NCBI GenBank assembly: GCA_951406725.2
Contig: OX597824.1
Coordinates: 2,604,001 to 2,668,000, forward strand
Reading direction: 5' to 3'
Length of the DNA: 64,000 bases
Source: Octopus vulgaris
Lineage: Eukaryota
In this document: piece after piece, positions 14,036-28,300 of the stretch
Position numbering within the stretch: position 1 is the stretch's first letter
Layout of the letters: each line of letters starts with the position of its first letter
The notes under the pieces: model-generated
Database searches by the model: none
What the model was told of the DNA's origin: nothing
Seen by the model: the letters and a program-made list of their open reading frames with translations, nothing else
Program-made: the position numbers and the translations under genes

Positions 14036-16292
14036 CTGCAGTAACAGAAAAAAAAAGAAAATAAGAATTATAATAAATATTGAAATATGTTGAATAATAA
14101 ACAATCAAAATTATATCACACAGTTGTTTTTTTTTTCTTTTCCGTCTATGAAATTAATTTTCTTAATAAAATACAAATTTTTTACCAATCTGTAAATAAG
14201 GTATGATCAAATGGTGTCCAGAACAAAGTTACATAGCTACAGAGATTCTTAAGGCAGACATCATCAAGAATTTGGCCAGCACCAACAGCACTGATTTCAC
14301 AAAACTTCTTAAATGAAAGCAACCACTCAGTTTCTGACATGGGAAGCAGATTTTCAGTAGATCTGGCTCCTCTATGGGAATCTGTACCAAATGGTCACAG
14401 AATAGAAGCAAGGGACAATCTAAAAGAAAACAGAGATGGTCTGCATCAACAAGAATCATTTTAGGAGTTTATAGCCAGAGTTCCAGACTTTTGGTTTCCT
14501 CACTCTCGGATTCTTCACTCTTCGTGTCAATTCTACGAAGAACGGAAAAGTCGTCTTTGATGTTTCAAGCCTAAGCTCTTTGACAAAAAGGGAAAAGAAG
14601 GAAAACAATGGAGAGAGAAAGAGAGAAGTGGGGATTAATGGTTTAACATGATGAAATGTATATATATATACAGTGGCTTGCAAAAGTCTACACCTCCTTT
14701 GAAAATTTATATATTTTGCATAATTTAACAGGGAGCAACACATGTTTTCAGTTCCAATGATTGTTAAATAATAAGCAGATCCATCACACTTTCCTTTGAT
14801 ATAAAAATTACATTTTTTTAATTTCATACTGATTCTTAAAATCATATAACTTAGAAAAATGTCTTTGCAAAAGTCTACAGCCCCCAAGATATTATACTGT
14901 GTTATCAGGTAGTTTGTCATTGATGTCTACAATCCAAAACAATCAAAAGTGACATGTGCTTTCTACCATAACAAACAAACTTGGCCAGTCTATTATTTTG
15001 CTATATAAGGTGATTTAACTGCCTACAAAATCATTCACCACATGGTTTTTTTGGTATGATGGTCTTTGGACTCTGACTGTAAACACAAGGGGTCCAACTC
15101 GGGAAAGAAACTGGGTAAGCCTCTGTCTCAGGAACTTAAAAACCTTATTATTCAAAAGTACAATGAAAATAATGGCTATAAAAAGATTGCAAAAACTTTA
15201 GAATTGCCCCTAAGCACTGTTAAAACTGTAGTTAAGAAGTGGTTATTGTACAAAACCACTGCTACCCTACCAAGATCTGGGAGACCAAGCAAACTTACCG
15301 GAAGAGCAAAGTCAAAACTGGTCAAGGAGGCAACGGGACAGATGTCCATGCATCTACAATTTCCAGAGTATTGCACCAGTCTGGCTTGCAAGGGAGGGTA
15401 GCTAAAAAAAAGTCCCTTCTGAAGCCTATACACAAGCAAGCTAGGCTAAACTTTGCCAAAAGTCACATTAATGACTCCATGACCATGTGCTGAAAGATTT
15501 TGTTGTTAGATGAGACCAAAGTCAAGCTATTTGGAAAAAATATGAAACGCTACATTTGGTGGAAAAAAAAGGCACTGCTCACCAACCTCGTTACACCATC
15601 CCCACTGTAAAGCACAGCGGTGGCTTGATCATGCTTTGGGGCTGTTTTTCAGCTGCAGGGCCTGGAGAGTTGGTAACCATCCAAGGTATCATGGACAGTG
15701 TCAAGTACCAAGAAAAATTGGAGGCAAACCTGCTGAAGTCTGCTAGAGCTCTGCCAATCCCACTCTCTGAATGTGGACAGCATAAACTCAAAAAGAAGAA
15801 CTAGTTGACATCATTGAATATTGTCAGTTTTGCAGGATTTCTCTCAAAGTTTCCTCTCTCCTAGAAAAACGATGTGACAACAACTAAATGGTGAAGAAAG
15901 CTTCAAGACCAGGAAAAGTAGAAAAGACTGGTGAAAAATATAATGTGGTGCCTCAGTGACAGAGGTTCTATGGAAATGACTTGAATTTGATTGTTGTAGT
16001 GGAGTCTGAGTGATGAGTGATGGTTGACAGATTGTGTGAGGGAAAGGGCATCGGGTCTTAAAAGAATACCTTAGAAAAACCATCCAACTCTTGCTGGCAG
16101 GAAAAGCAGACATATAATAATTGAGATGATGAAACATAACGAAGATAATAACGATGATAAGTTTGGTGAAGGAGATAAAATGAAAATGGTGATGACAAGG
16201 ACAAGGATGAGGATGATGATGACAGTAATGGTGAGGGTGGTGGTGGTGAGGAGGAGGATTGTATTCACCACGGGATTTAAATTATGATGGTG

Positions 16293-16346
<54 letters not shown>

Positions 16347-19300
16347 TGTTGTTGTTGTTGTTGTTGTTGTTTTAAAAAATAGCAAATTGGAAAGGACCAG
16401 GCCCAGATGGAGTACAAGGCTGGCCGAAGAACTTTACATAATTGCATAAAAGGATCACTGTGCAATTGGATGACTGCTTGCAGCAAGGTCACATCCGTGC
16501 CTGGATGACTAGCGGACAAACATTGCTATGCTTTGAGGATCCCTTGACCTTTAACCTGATTAGCACTTGAGTGTCTTGGCAGGAGAATTATACAACCATC
16601 TGGAAAGTAACAATCTATTTCCAGAAGAGCAGAAAGGATGCAGGAAAGAAAGTAGAGTAACGAAAGATCCCTTATTAGCTGATAAGATGATAATTAGAAA
16701 TTGCAGACGCAGATCAACGGGGGTGAAGGTAGCAAGGCCAGATTACAAAGAAAGCCAATGACATGGTACCACACAGTCGGATAAGTAAAACAATGAACAT
16801 GTCTGGAATAGCAAAAAACCTGGAGAAAATGCTTAAATATGAAACAGTGGAATACTGAATTGGTCAGAAGAAAAACAAAAACTTGGAAAAGTGAACATCA
16901 GACATGGAATATTCCAAGGTGATAGCTTAATCTCCATTCCACAAAGCGAGCATGCCAAACAGATTGAGGAGAAACCTCTGCATGGCCAATTTTGGAGAGC
17001 CTTTGAAGACATATGTGGAAGAAAATCCTGGGCTTGGTTTAAAAAGGGGCAATTTAAAAAAGAAACAGAGAGCTTAATTGTAGCAGCCCAAGATCAAGCA
17101 ATAAAAGCAAACAACTTGAGAAAATATGTGTATGGGGAGAATGTGTCAGAAAAATGTAACTTAGAATGAGAGAATGGCACACATTGTGACAGAATGCCCC
17201 AAGTTGGCACAGGAAGAGTATAAGAAACAAAAGCACAACCAGGTTGTAAAAGTTTTGCACTAGAAGCTGTGCCAGAAAGCTGTAAACACATGGTAGAATC
17301 AATGAGTTGAAAGAATACTAGAGTCGGAGAAAAAAATATTTTGTGGGACTTTCCTATTCAAATGGACAAGAAATTAGGAAATAAAAGACCAGACATAACA
17401 AGGAAATGCAAAGTTGCTTACCAATCGGCACATCATGCCTGTTTGATTTCAGGATTATAAAGAAAGAAGAGAGACAAAAATATACAATCCCCTAAAATTT
17501 GAAATTGGAAGAATTTGGAGCATGTGAGCAGTAAAGGTTGTGCCTATCATAATTGGTGAGTTGGGGGACAGTAAGCAAAGATATAGACAAATGGGTGAAG
17601 GAGATTGGAAGAGATTGGCTGGTGGAGCTTCTACAGAAAGTTTGTCTCTTAGGGACAACAAGGATTATCAGGAGGATTCTAAGCACTTGAAAGGGAGCTG
17701 AAAAATTTGAGGACACCTGAGGTTAGAAATAGTAACTCGCTACCCACATAAATCCTACTAGGAATAAGACTGAACTAAAATAATAATAATAATAATAATA
17801 ATAGCAGCAGCAGCCCTGATGCAGTACCAAGCAATGGCTCTCATGGTTTCTGATCTTAATTGATTGGAAGTGTTATCATGTACATTGTTTTGTCTTGCTA
17901 TAAAAGATGGCCTACAGCAAATATTCTGCTCAATACCACAGATTTGCTTGTCAGTTGTTTGACCTTAACCAGTTGAGCATGTCCTTTAGTGGCTGACGAT
18001 ATGTGCATCTCTGATCACGAGCAGAAGTAGTGGGGGAGCATCATAACTATGTGTTGAGAGAAATTCTTTGGGGTTTGGATGATTCACCTCTGGAAACAAG
18101 GGTGTTTCGTTCAACATCCTTCAACAATCCTTATCTAGGGACCTTTTGAGCAGGATGGGCTACTCAACCTGAAGGAAATTCTAACTGGTCACACGCTGTT
18201 TATCTTCATGTGAGTTCACCATATTGCACACATACAGTTGTGATGCATGTGCTGGTGTACTCTCATCAAAGAGGCATATTGGGTTTAATATATTTGTACC
18301 CCAGTGTCACTTTGATGGCATCGCTGCTCTCTCAATCAAAAAATTTTTAATAATAACACTAATAATGGTTACAAATTTTGGCAGAGGACCAGCAGTTTTT
18401 GAGGGGAAAGGGAAGACGATTATATTGACCACAGTATATGACTGCTACTCATTTAATCAACACAAATAGCATGAAAGCAAAATTTAAACTCAGAAAGTAA
18501 AAACAGACAAAATGCTGCCTTAATAATAACAATTGAAACTAGTGATATTAATGATTTCTTTAATTAATTAATAACAATAACAATCATGATAACGATAAAT
18601 CTTTCTAACATTGACACAAAGCCAGCAATTCTAAGTGGAGGGGTGGGTGAATACAATCAACCCTTGCTATATTATTTTTTGACCCCAAAAAGATGAAAAG
18701 CAAAGTTGATTTCAGTAGGATTTGAACTCAGCACACAGAGAATGAGAAGACATACTGCTAAGCATTTTGTCCAACGCAGTAACGATTCTGCCAGACTAGC
18801 AATGCTGTCTGTAATAATTGCTTCTATAAACCCAAAATAATGATTTTCTTCCAAGAAAACAAGAAACTTGCTGAAGGCAAACAAAGGGAAGTAACTCATC
18901 CATCAACAATAAACAGAAATGGCTGCAAGAAGGGAAAATGTGGAAATATGATTCACATTTCGATTAAACATAATTAACATTTTGATTGGATGTAATTAAC
19001 AAGCTCTCTGGCCCCACTGGCAAATTAGTGGAATTAAGAGTCAAAGATCTTGAACCACACCACCTTCTCCATATCACCATCATCATCATCATCATCACCA
19101 TAATCACTACTGCAAAAGACATTATTATAATTATTACCACCACAATTAGTCACATCATCATCATCATCACCATCACCAACATCATCATCATCATCGATAC
19201 AACCATCACCACTATGACTGCAGCTACCTTCATTATCACCATCAATAACAAAGCCATTAATATTTCTATCGCACCAGCATCAACCACCTCTACCGTTTTA

Positions 19301-22300
19301 CTGATATCAATGTTCCCTATTACTACTAATACCACCACCACCACCACCACCACCGTCAATACCATTAACTCCACCACCACAGCAATCATCCTCAATACTA
19401 CAACCATTACTACCACTACTGCCATCATCACCACCTCTGCTACCTCCGTTACCATTATGATCACAACTGCCACAGCAGCATCATCATCATCATCATCATC
19501 GTCATCCTCCTCCACTTCATCGTCATCATCATCGTCATCCTCCTCCACTTCATCATCATCATCATCATCGTCATCGTCATCATCATCGTCGTCGTCGTCA
19601 TCCCACCATAATCATTATCATCAACAAGGAATTCATATGTGGTCACTTACCCCGCTAGAAACACCAGCCAAATCTTTATCCTGTCACATCCCGGCAGCTT
19701 TCAAAAGAACAGGAAAAACTACACCAATGTAGTCCTAAATATATTTATGCCAAGAAAGGTAAGATTAAGCGGCCATGGATGGAATGTCTTTGATCATGGG
19801 TCTACTCAACCTATGGTTAAAAGGCAACAACAACAGCAACATCACCAATACTACTACTACAACTACTACTGCACAATTATCTGCACCACAACCCCCACCA
19901 CCATTAGCTTTCATCTGAAAGGCAGATTTTAATGATTGGCCATTAACTGATCTTAACGAGATATTAAGTAATTGTTCCACCAATCAGAACAATCAGTGTC
20001 TGTCCTTCTGTCGAGATAAACTGGTAGCGTCTGTTTATGCCAGAGGAATGCGTTACATTATTATTGTTCCTGTGGACCTTGCAGACACTGTTATTAGTGT
20101 GACCATCAACACCGTTGTCAACACCCCAGCCACCACCCCACCGCACAACCGTCATCGTCATCATCGTCATCATCATTAAGACCGCTATATCACCAGTGGA
20201 ACCAATGTCATCTTTAAAATTACCATCATTATTGAAAGAATCCAAACGTGATTAAAACTATTGTCAGCATCAAAACACCATCATCATTAAAACCACAATT
20301 ATTATCATTAAATTGAGCATCATCATCATCATCATCAAAACTACAGTCAGCAGTAAAGCCATCATCATCAACATCATCACTAAAATCTCCATCTTCATTA
20401 AGGCACCGTCATTACCAAAAGCACCATTACACATTAAAGCCATTGTCATGGTTGGAACAAACCATCGTTCTTGAAAGCAGCAGCATCGTCGTCTTCGTCA
20501 GTGCCACCATAATTATCGAAACCAGTCACCATCATGAAAACCACCACCAACAGAAAAGCCACGAGGAGGGGGGGGGGAGAATGAAGAGGTGGAGAGAAAT
20601 GCGTAGAAGCATTCTGGGCACGGTTATGTTCTGAGTTCAAATTCCACTGAGGTGGATGTCGCCTTTTATTCTTGCAGGATTGATAAAACAAGGACCAGTG
20701 AAGGGAATTGCCCCTCCCCTCAAAATCTGCTGATTCTGTACCAAAATTTGAAATTCTCATAAGAACCACTTTCTTCAAATAAATGCTAACCACTATTAGC
20801 ATCACTACAACATCCACAACCATAGCAACAGCAACAACAGTGGAGGCGCAATGGCCCAATGGTTAGGGCAGCGGACTCGCGGTTGGAGGATCACGGTTTC
20901 GATTCCCAGACTGGGCGTTGTGTGAGTTTATTGAGCGAAAACACCTAAAGCTCCACGAGGCTCCGGCAGGGGGAGTGGCAGCCCCTGTTGTACTCTTTCG
21001 CCCCAACTTTCTCTCACTCTTTCTTCCTGTTTTTTGTCCCAGACTTCCTATGCAACCACTGAGCCTGGATGCGCATTCATCCATCCATCGATGCTCTCGG
21101 TGTCAGGAGTTAACCTGCTTTCTCTTCTGCGCGTCTTACAAATAGCAAAGGACCACGTTTCGAACTTTTCTCACTCTGGGACAAAGACCGCTTCACTCAA
21201 CAAACAAACAAACAAACAGCAACACCAATACCAAATGGCAATGAAAGATCCTCTAATATAGCTGCTCAACTTGCTTGAAATAACAGCCAAATCTCCCTCA
21301 AATCATACCTTACTGTCTTAAAAAAGGAGAGAGAGAGATTGAATAATGTAACCTTAGATATACTAAATATTGTACAAAAAGAAAAAAACAGATAGGAGAG
21401 TCATGGCAGGAATGCCTTTGACCATAAGTCTGTCACAACAACAACATTGTCGTCATCTTCACAGTTCATTCTGTTCATCTGACTAATAAGTGTAATAAAT
21501 ATGGTGGACACAGACCGATTCAACTTTTATTTACTCAAATCTCTAACAAATTAAATCAACCAAAATAATTATTGATATAAAATCATTGAGTAATTATAGA
21601 TTTATTGTAGAAGATTTTTGTTTTAAATTAAACACATTATAAATGTAACATGTATATAAACGAACAGGCAGAGGCATGGCAATGTGGCAAGAAGTTCTGG
21701 GTTCAATCCTACTGCAAAGCACTTTGGGCAAGTAGTTTTTTCGATAGCCACAGGCCAACTAAAGCCTTGTGTTTGGATCTGACTGAGAGAAACTAAACAA
21801 AGCCCATCGTGTGTATGTGTTCCTGTCTCCTTGGCTTGACATCACATGACCGTCGTAAACAAGTGCCATCGGTGATGCAAACAATGTCCTCCGTTTGCAA
21901 TCTTCTTTGAAAACGTGTTTGGTTATGGAGAAATCTGTTGGGGCAAGGGAAATCGAAATTCAGCCAAATTTGATGAGTGGCACCTGTGCCAGTGGAGCGC
22001 TAACAGCTCCATCCGAGCGGGATCACTGCCAGAGCAGCTGTCTGGCTTCCGTGCCGGTGGTATGTAAAAAGCACCATTCGAGCGTGATCGTTACTAGAGT
22101 CGCCCTACTGGCACTTGTGTTGGTGGCACGTGAACAAAACATTCGAGTGAGGTCGTTGCCAGTGTTGCTGGACTGGCTCCTGTGCAGGTGGCACATAAAA
22201 AGCACCATTCGAGCGTGATTGTTACCTTACATGTTTCTTTCAAGTGGGCTACATGGAGGGGAAGTGGCTGAGTTTCCTTTCGAGCATTGAGCATCATGGG

Positions 22301-23522
22301 GCAAAGTGGCTGGGCTCCTTTCGAGTGTTGGGCCTCATGGAGGCAATGACCAAGACCTTTGGCATTATGTCATACTCGAGAACAACCAAGCCAAACAAAA
22401 TCACAGTCGTGGCAGATACTGGTGCCACACAAATGGCACCCATGCCAGTGGCACGTAAAAACACCCATTGCACTCTCAGAGTAGTTGGCATTAGGAAGGG
22501 TATCCAGCCATAGAATATCACGCCAAATCAGACTGGATCCTGGTGCAGCCCTCCAGCATGCCAGTCCAGTTAACTTGTCTGACCCTTGCTAGCATGGACA
22601 ACGGACATCAAATGATGATGCTGCTGCTGCTGATGATGATGATATCATCATTTGATGTTCGCTCTTCATGCTGGCGTGGGTAGAAGATACACACATATAT
22701 ACATACATACATCCACCCTACATATATCTATACACATGTATATATACATACTTATATATATTAAGAAAAATTAGGCAGTTAGGATTTAAATAAAACTTAT
22801 TTATTCAGCAGCTTTGTCTCTTGCAGGGATTCCTCATGAATGTTTTCTAAAAATATTCATACTTTTAATATACATGTGAGCTAGCTGAAAAATAAAATCT
22901 GGAGCAGAATTTGTATATATGAAAGGAAGGAATTTTCTATCAGAAGTCATTGATAATGTATCCTGGAGAAGGAGGAAAGCCCTAAATATATACCGTTTTA
23001 TCCAAATCCTGACTACATTCTCTTTCTTAATATGTTAAATCTATACATATATATATACATATTTACATATATATATACCTACATATACATATTATCATCA
23101 TCATCATCATTTAATGTCTGCTTTACATGCTGGCATGGGTTGGACGATTTGACTGAGGAATGGTGAACCAGATGGCTGCACCAGGCTCCAATCTGATCTG
23201 GCAGAGTTTCTACAGCTGGATGCCCCTCCTATTGCCAACCACTCCGAGAGTGTAGTGGGTGCTTTTACGTGCCACAAGCATGAGGGCCAGTCAGGCAGTA
23301 TTGGCAACTGGTGTTTTTTCAGGTTTTTTTACTGGCAAATGGTGTTTTTTTATGTGCCACCTGCATAGGAGCCAGTTCAGCGGCACTGGCAATGATCTCA
23401 TTCAAATATTTTTTCATGTGCCACCAGCACCAAGTGCCAGTAAGGCGACGCTGGTAATGATCACACTCGAATATACATACATGTATATACACATACATAT
23501 TTATATACATATATACAGACAC

Positions 23523-23556
<34 letters not shown>

Positions 23557-25365
23557 TCATACATACACACACACACACACAGGCGGGCGCACATATATAT
23601 ATAAATGTGGTCGCCCCATAAATAATGCAGGTTTTTTATGCTTCTTTTATTTTTCAAAATTAAGATTAAAAGAAATTCTTTTTAAATGTAAAATATATTC
23701 TCCTTCATTTACTAAGAAGATACTCTTCCATCTTATCTGGTAGACTTGCAAGGCCCCTCTTCCAAAATTCACTTGTCCGGGATGAAAAATACTCCACCAG
23801 TTCTGTTCTGACCTCCTCTACAGAATTAATATTTTTTCGTCCAAATGATTTTGAAAACTGTGGAATAAATGATAATGAGGTGGGCCAATGCCCAACAAAT
23901 ATGGTGGGTAGGGCATCGTTCCTCATTCAAACTGCTCCAGCTTTTGGAATGTCATCCTCACAGCATCTGGCCAAGAATTAACCTGATGTAAGAACACTCT
24001 TTGTTTTGAAACCGCAGATGATTGCTTTTCTGGAAAACCTTATCACACTGCATCATCAATACATCTTCCAAATCGCTGCAGGTGCAAATCTCTGCAAGGT
24101 TTAGGGTGAAACAGCAAGAATAGCAACAAGGTTTACTTACTCTTGGAGGAAACTCTCAATATCTGTCGCATAGAAATCTTCACCGAATTCCTTACTGAGG
24201 GCAATGAAGTTGCCAATCATTTCTCCACCTTTGTATATGAGTAGTGCAGGGACGCCCTCTGTGGACTGAATTAAGTGAGAGAGAGAGAGAGAGAGATCAG
24301 CAATGCAATTGGTTTTATGAATTAAATGGGAGAGAGAAAGGGGTGGGGGAAAGAGAAAGAAAGAAAACAGTAATGTAGGTACTCTTGTGAAGTAAACGAT
24401 CAGAGAAAGAGAGAGAAATAGAGAGAGACAGAGAAGGAGAGAAATAAAGAGTGAGAGAGAGAGAGAGAGAAGAGAGAAATAAAGAGAGAGAGGAGAGAAA
24501 TAAAGAGAGCGATAGAAGGAAATAAATAAATTGAGAGAAGAGAAGGAGAGAAATAAAGAGACAGAGAGAAGGAGAGAAACAAAGAAATAAAGGGACAGAG
24601 AGAAAGAGAGAAATAAGGAGAGAGAGAGGAGAGAAATAAAGAGAGAGATAGAAGAAGGAGAGAAATAAAGAGAGAAAGAGAGAAGTCAGTAATGGTGGTA
24701 TACCATTTGTAGACTGAACAGAGAAAAGTGAATGAGAGCTCAAGAATGATTACAGGGACCCCTTCTGGGGGTTTAAATAGTGAAGTCTATCAGCCAGATA
24801 GAATAACTGTTTTACTTTACATTCACATTATCAAAATACTAAGAACTGACAGCTTTCAACTTACAAATCTGTGGCTTAGTTTAGCGTCTCTGGCACTGAT
24901 CCGACAGAATTTGATGGTTGGATACTCCTGTGACAGACATAACAAGCAGCCGTCCATAGCTTCACAAGCTTCCTTATTCTGAAAACAAAAAATAAATATA
25001 AGATACATAAACTCGAAAGACGAACTGTGGAGAGGAATATGAAAACACGAGAGGGATTATATATCTTTAACACTCGGTGTTGTGTAGGGAGCTTTCTACA
25101 GACACTATCCCACAACAAATGGATTTTATATATATCTATATCTATATATCTATCTATATATATATATATATATATAGATATATATATATATAAGAAATTA
25201 AAAAAGGAAAATACGCACACTTACATAGTTTTAATATAATTTTTAATATATCGACAGGTTTCGCTATCGCTATTCACGATATTATGTTTTACTTATTTGA
25301 ATATGTATTTTTTCTTAAGAAGGAATTTTTGTCCATGTTGTGTGTGATGAAATTCACGAGTGAAT

Positions 25366-25398
<33 letters not shown>

Positions 25399-28300
25399 AA
25401 TTTTCTCATATACCTACAAGAAAAAAATGGACGTAGAAGAAATCAGATGTCATGAGCAAAAGAAAAAGAAAACTGTGATAGCAGTTATGTTGTGCATTTG
25501 AAGGATGACAGCTATCTACTGGAAGGTCCCCTGAGATCAGCAAATGACCCTAGTGGAAGGAACCTGTGGAAGAAGACCAAGGAAGATATAGAAAGAGTTG
25601 AAGTTTGATATCAGTGTGCTGGACTTCATGAAGATGACATCACAGGGCAAGGTGGCTGGTGTGAAGCAAACCCAGACAATCCATGCCGGCATAGAAAAAC
25701 AAATTTAATAATGATGATGATGATGATGATGTTTATGTTGGCATTTAGAGAAGAGCATTTTAATGGTGGATGTTTGCATATGTTGGAATAAATACATTTT
25801 TAGTGACTTAGTTGCAGTGGTATAACAATGATGGCGATGGTAGGAGACAGTAGTGGAATAGTAAGAGAACTGATTGGAAATATGACAACAGTATGAAGAC
25901 ATTTATTGTTTTAGTGGGCAGACATCATCCATTGCCTAATCTGACACCTTTATCTGTCCCTTGAATATCTTTAGGAGAGTCCTCTACCCTGTGGTAAATA
26001 TTTGGACCAAGCAGAACCTAAGGGCTTGCAGTTGTCTGACACCCAATAGATTCAATAAGCTATGAGACTCAAAGTTCCTTGATCCAAGAGATGAGTATTA
26101 ACAGGATTTAAAACTAAATTCATGGAGGGTTGAGCTGGGGATGAACTGTGATAGTTGTAAAGCTTCAACAACACACAACTGAAAACTGTGATATCATTGT
26201 TATGCTTATATATTTTACATCTTCCTTGTTTTAATGTTCACTTTCCCATGCTTGCATGGGTTAGAGGAATTCACTGAGGCAGATTTTCTACAGCTGGATG
26301 CTCTTCTTGTCCCAACCCTCATCAGTTTCCAGGCAAGGCAATATTTCTTCAAGGCCAGACATGTTTTCATGGAAGACTGGAAATGAATGACACAGTTGGT
26401 GTAATAGTGACATTCATTCACAACTATTTCACTAAAAGTAAAGACAAGGAGACACAAACACTCCTACAAGCAGCTCCCTTTCTCTCCGATTTAGACCCAT
26501 TCTGTTTAAGGGTCTTGTCTTTTGAGTTACTTGGTGACATCATGAATGCTGGTGCCACAAAGGAAAAGCACCCAGTACATTTTGTAAAGTGGTTGGCATT
26601 CGGAAGAGCATCCAACAGCAGAAACCATGGCAAAGCAGACATTGGAACTCAATACGGTTCTCTGGTTCATCACGTCCTGTTGAACCGTCCAACCCATGCA
26701 GGCATGGAAGACAAATATTAAATGACGACAAATATGATGATAATCATCATATATCTATGTATACACACATATGATGGGCTTCTTTCAGTTTCCGGCAAAC
26801 CAAATCCACTCAGAAGGCATTGGTTGGCCCAGGGATGACACCAGCACAAAGTGGCACGTTGTGGGGCTGAACCCAAAGTGGTTACGAAATGGCTATTTAT
26901 TAGCAAAAGTACATATTTTAAGGTTAGTACAAACTATCGAAGTTCACAAGGAGCAAAAAGTCAATCTAATTGTCCCGTGTACATGACTGGTATTTGATTC
27001 GATTCACTCAACAGTGAAAGAAACTGAGTCCATGTCAACTGGAAGGGAAGTAACTAGATATTAATCTGAAGATTCTGAAATCCTTTTAATTTTAATCAAG
27101 AAACATTGATTTCTTATATTGAAAGACGGTTACACATTTCTGATAAAGAAACAGACAAACAAATCGATTGGTTGCTTATTTTATAGAAATTCAGAATAAA
27201 AAAATGATAAAAGGCAATGGCCATTTTGGTGGGATTAGAGCTTGAAGTTTGAAAGTAAATAATGAAAAGCAGCCAGGCATTTTGCAATGTTGATTAACTG
27301 ATTCTGCTCGTGACAATCATTAATTAGGGTAATAATATTAATAATACTCGTACTATCATTTCATTACACACAGTCCGGTGCTACCTGCGATATGATATAT
27401 TATGTATTTATTGATCTGTGGGTTAGATGCGGTTCTTCCGGGGTGACTCAGTGATGGCACTTCACAAGAAAACACATGAAGGGAAGTAACTCAAGAGAGC
27501 CAAACATGTGAACCTTTTCACCGATGGAGATCTCTCCACGCAGTCACTCATCATGCTAGCAATAACAGCTTAATCTCCCTCATCTTACACACTTACTGTC
27601 CTAATCTTAGAGTGTTAAAAACAGAACCACACATCAGATTATGTGCTGCCAGACAAACTATTTTCAAAAAGGTAGAATAGCCACGGCTTTAATCATCGTC
27701 TGCTCCATGAGGACTGACATGGACTAACGAATATCACCAGTATATAGAAGTTGAAACGAAGGATCCAAATACTTCACCCTTCGTCTGATTTCGCCTGTTT
27801 CTTAACCAAACACCAGCGAGTACCAAATCTTACCATTTTCAGTTTTATCCAATATATAAAAGAAAAAAATCAAAGAGTGCAACGCAGACTAGATTCAAAG
27901 AGAACTTGTGATGTTTTGCCCCAAAAAGTAACTCATACAGTCGCATGCATGGCTGAGCAGTTAAGAAGTTAAGTTCAGACCTTTGAGCTTCGAGGTTCAG
28001 TTCTATAGCTTGGTGTCATGAGCAAGTGACTTCTGCCAAAGCCCTAAGCATATAATTAATAGATGGAGAATGACACTGACAGGCAGAAACTATGCAGAAG
28101 CCTACTCTGTGTGTGTGTGTGAATGTATACATCCTTTTGTTTGTCTGCCATTGCTTGACGATTTGTATTGGTTTGTTTACATCCCTGCAAGTGCGGCTGT
28201 TGTGCACAAAGGGAGTGACAGAATAAGTACCTGGCTTAGAAATGAGTCCTGCAGTCGAAACGATAGACTGAAACCCTGCAAGGTGTTGCCCCAGCATGGC

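Noticed and set aside
18986-19732. 248-aa Thr/Ile/Ser-rich mucin-like ORF
   Set aside because: Degenerate CAT/CAC microsatellite inside a PDCL intron, with a non-ATG start and no splice support.
20842-20915. Possible tRNA gene
   Set aside because: Has A/B boxes but no closing cloverleaf; it is a SINE head.
25250-25270. Minus-strand GAAACCUGUC hammerhead 3' half (also GAAACCGGTC at ~7728 on plus)
   Set aside because: No upstream CUGANGA or stem II found; too short to call.
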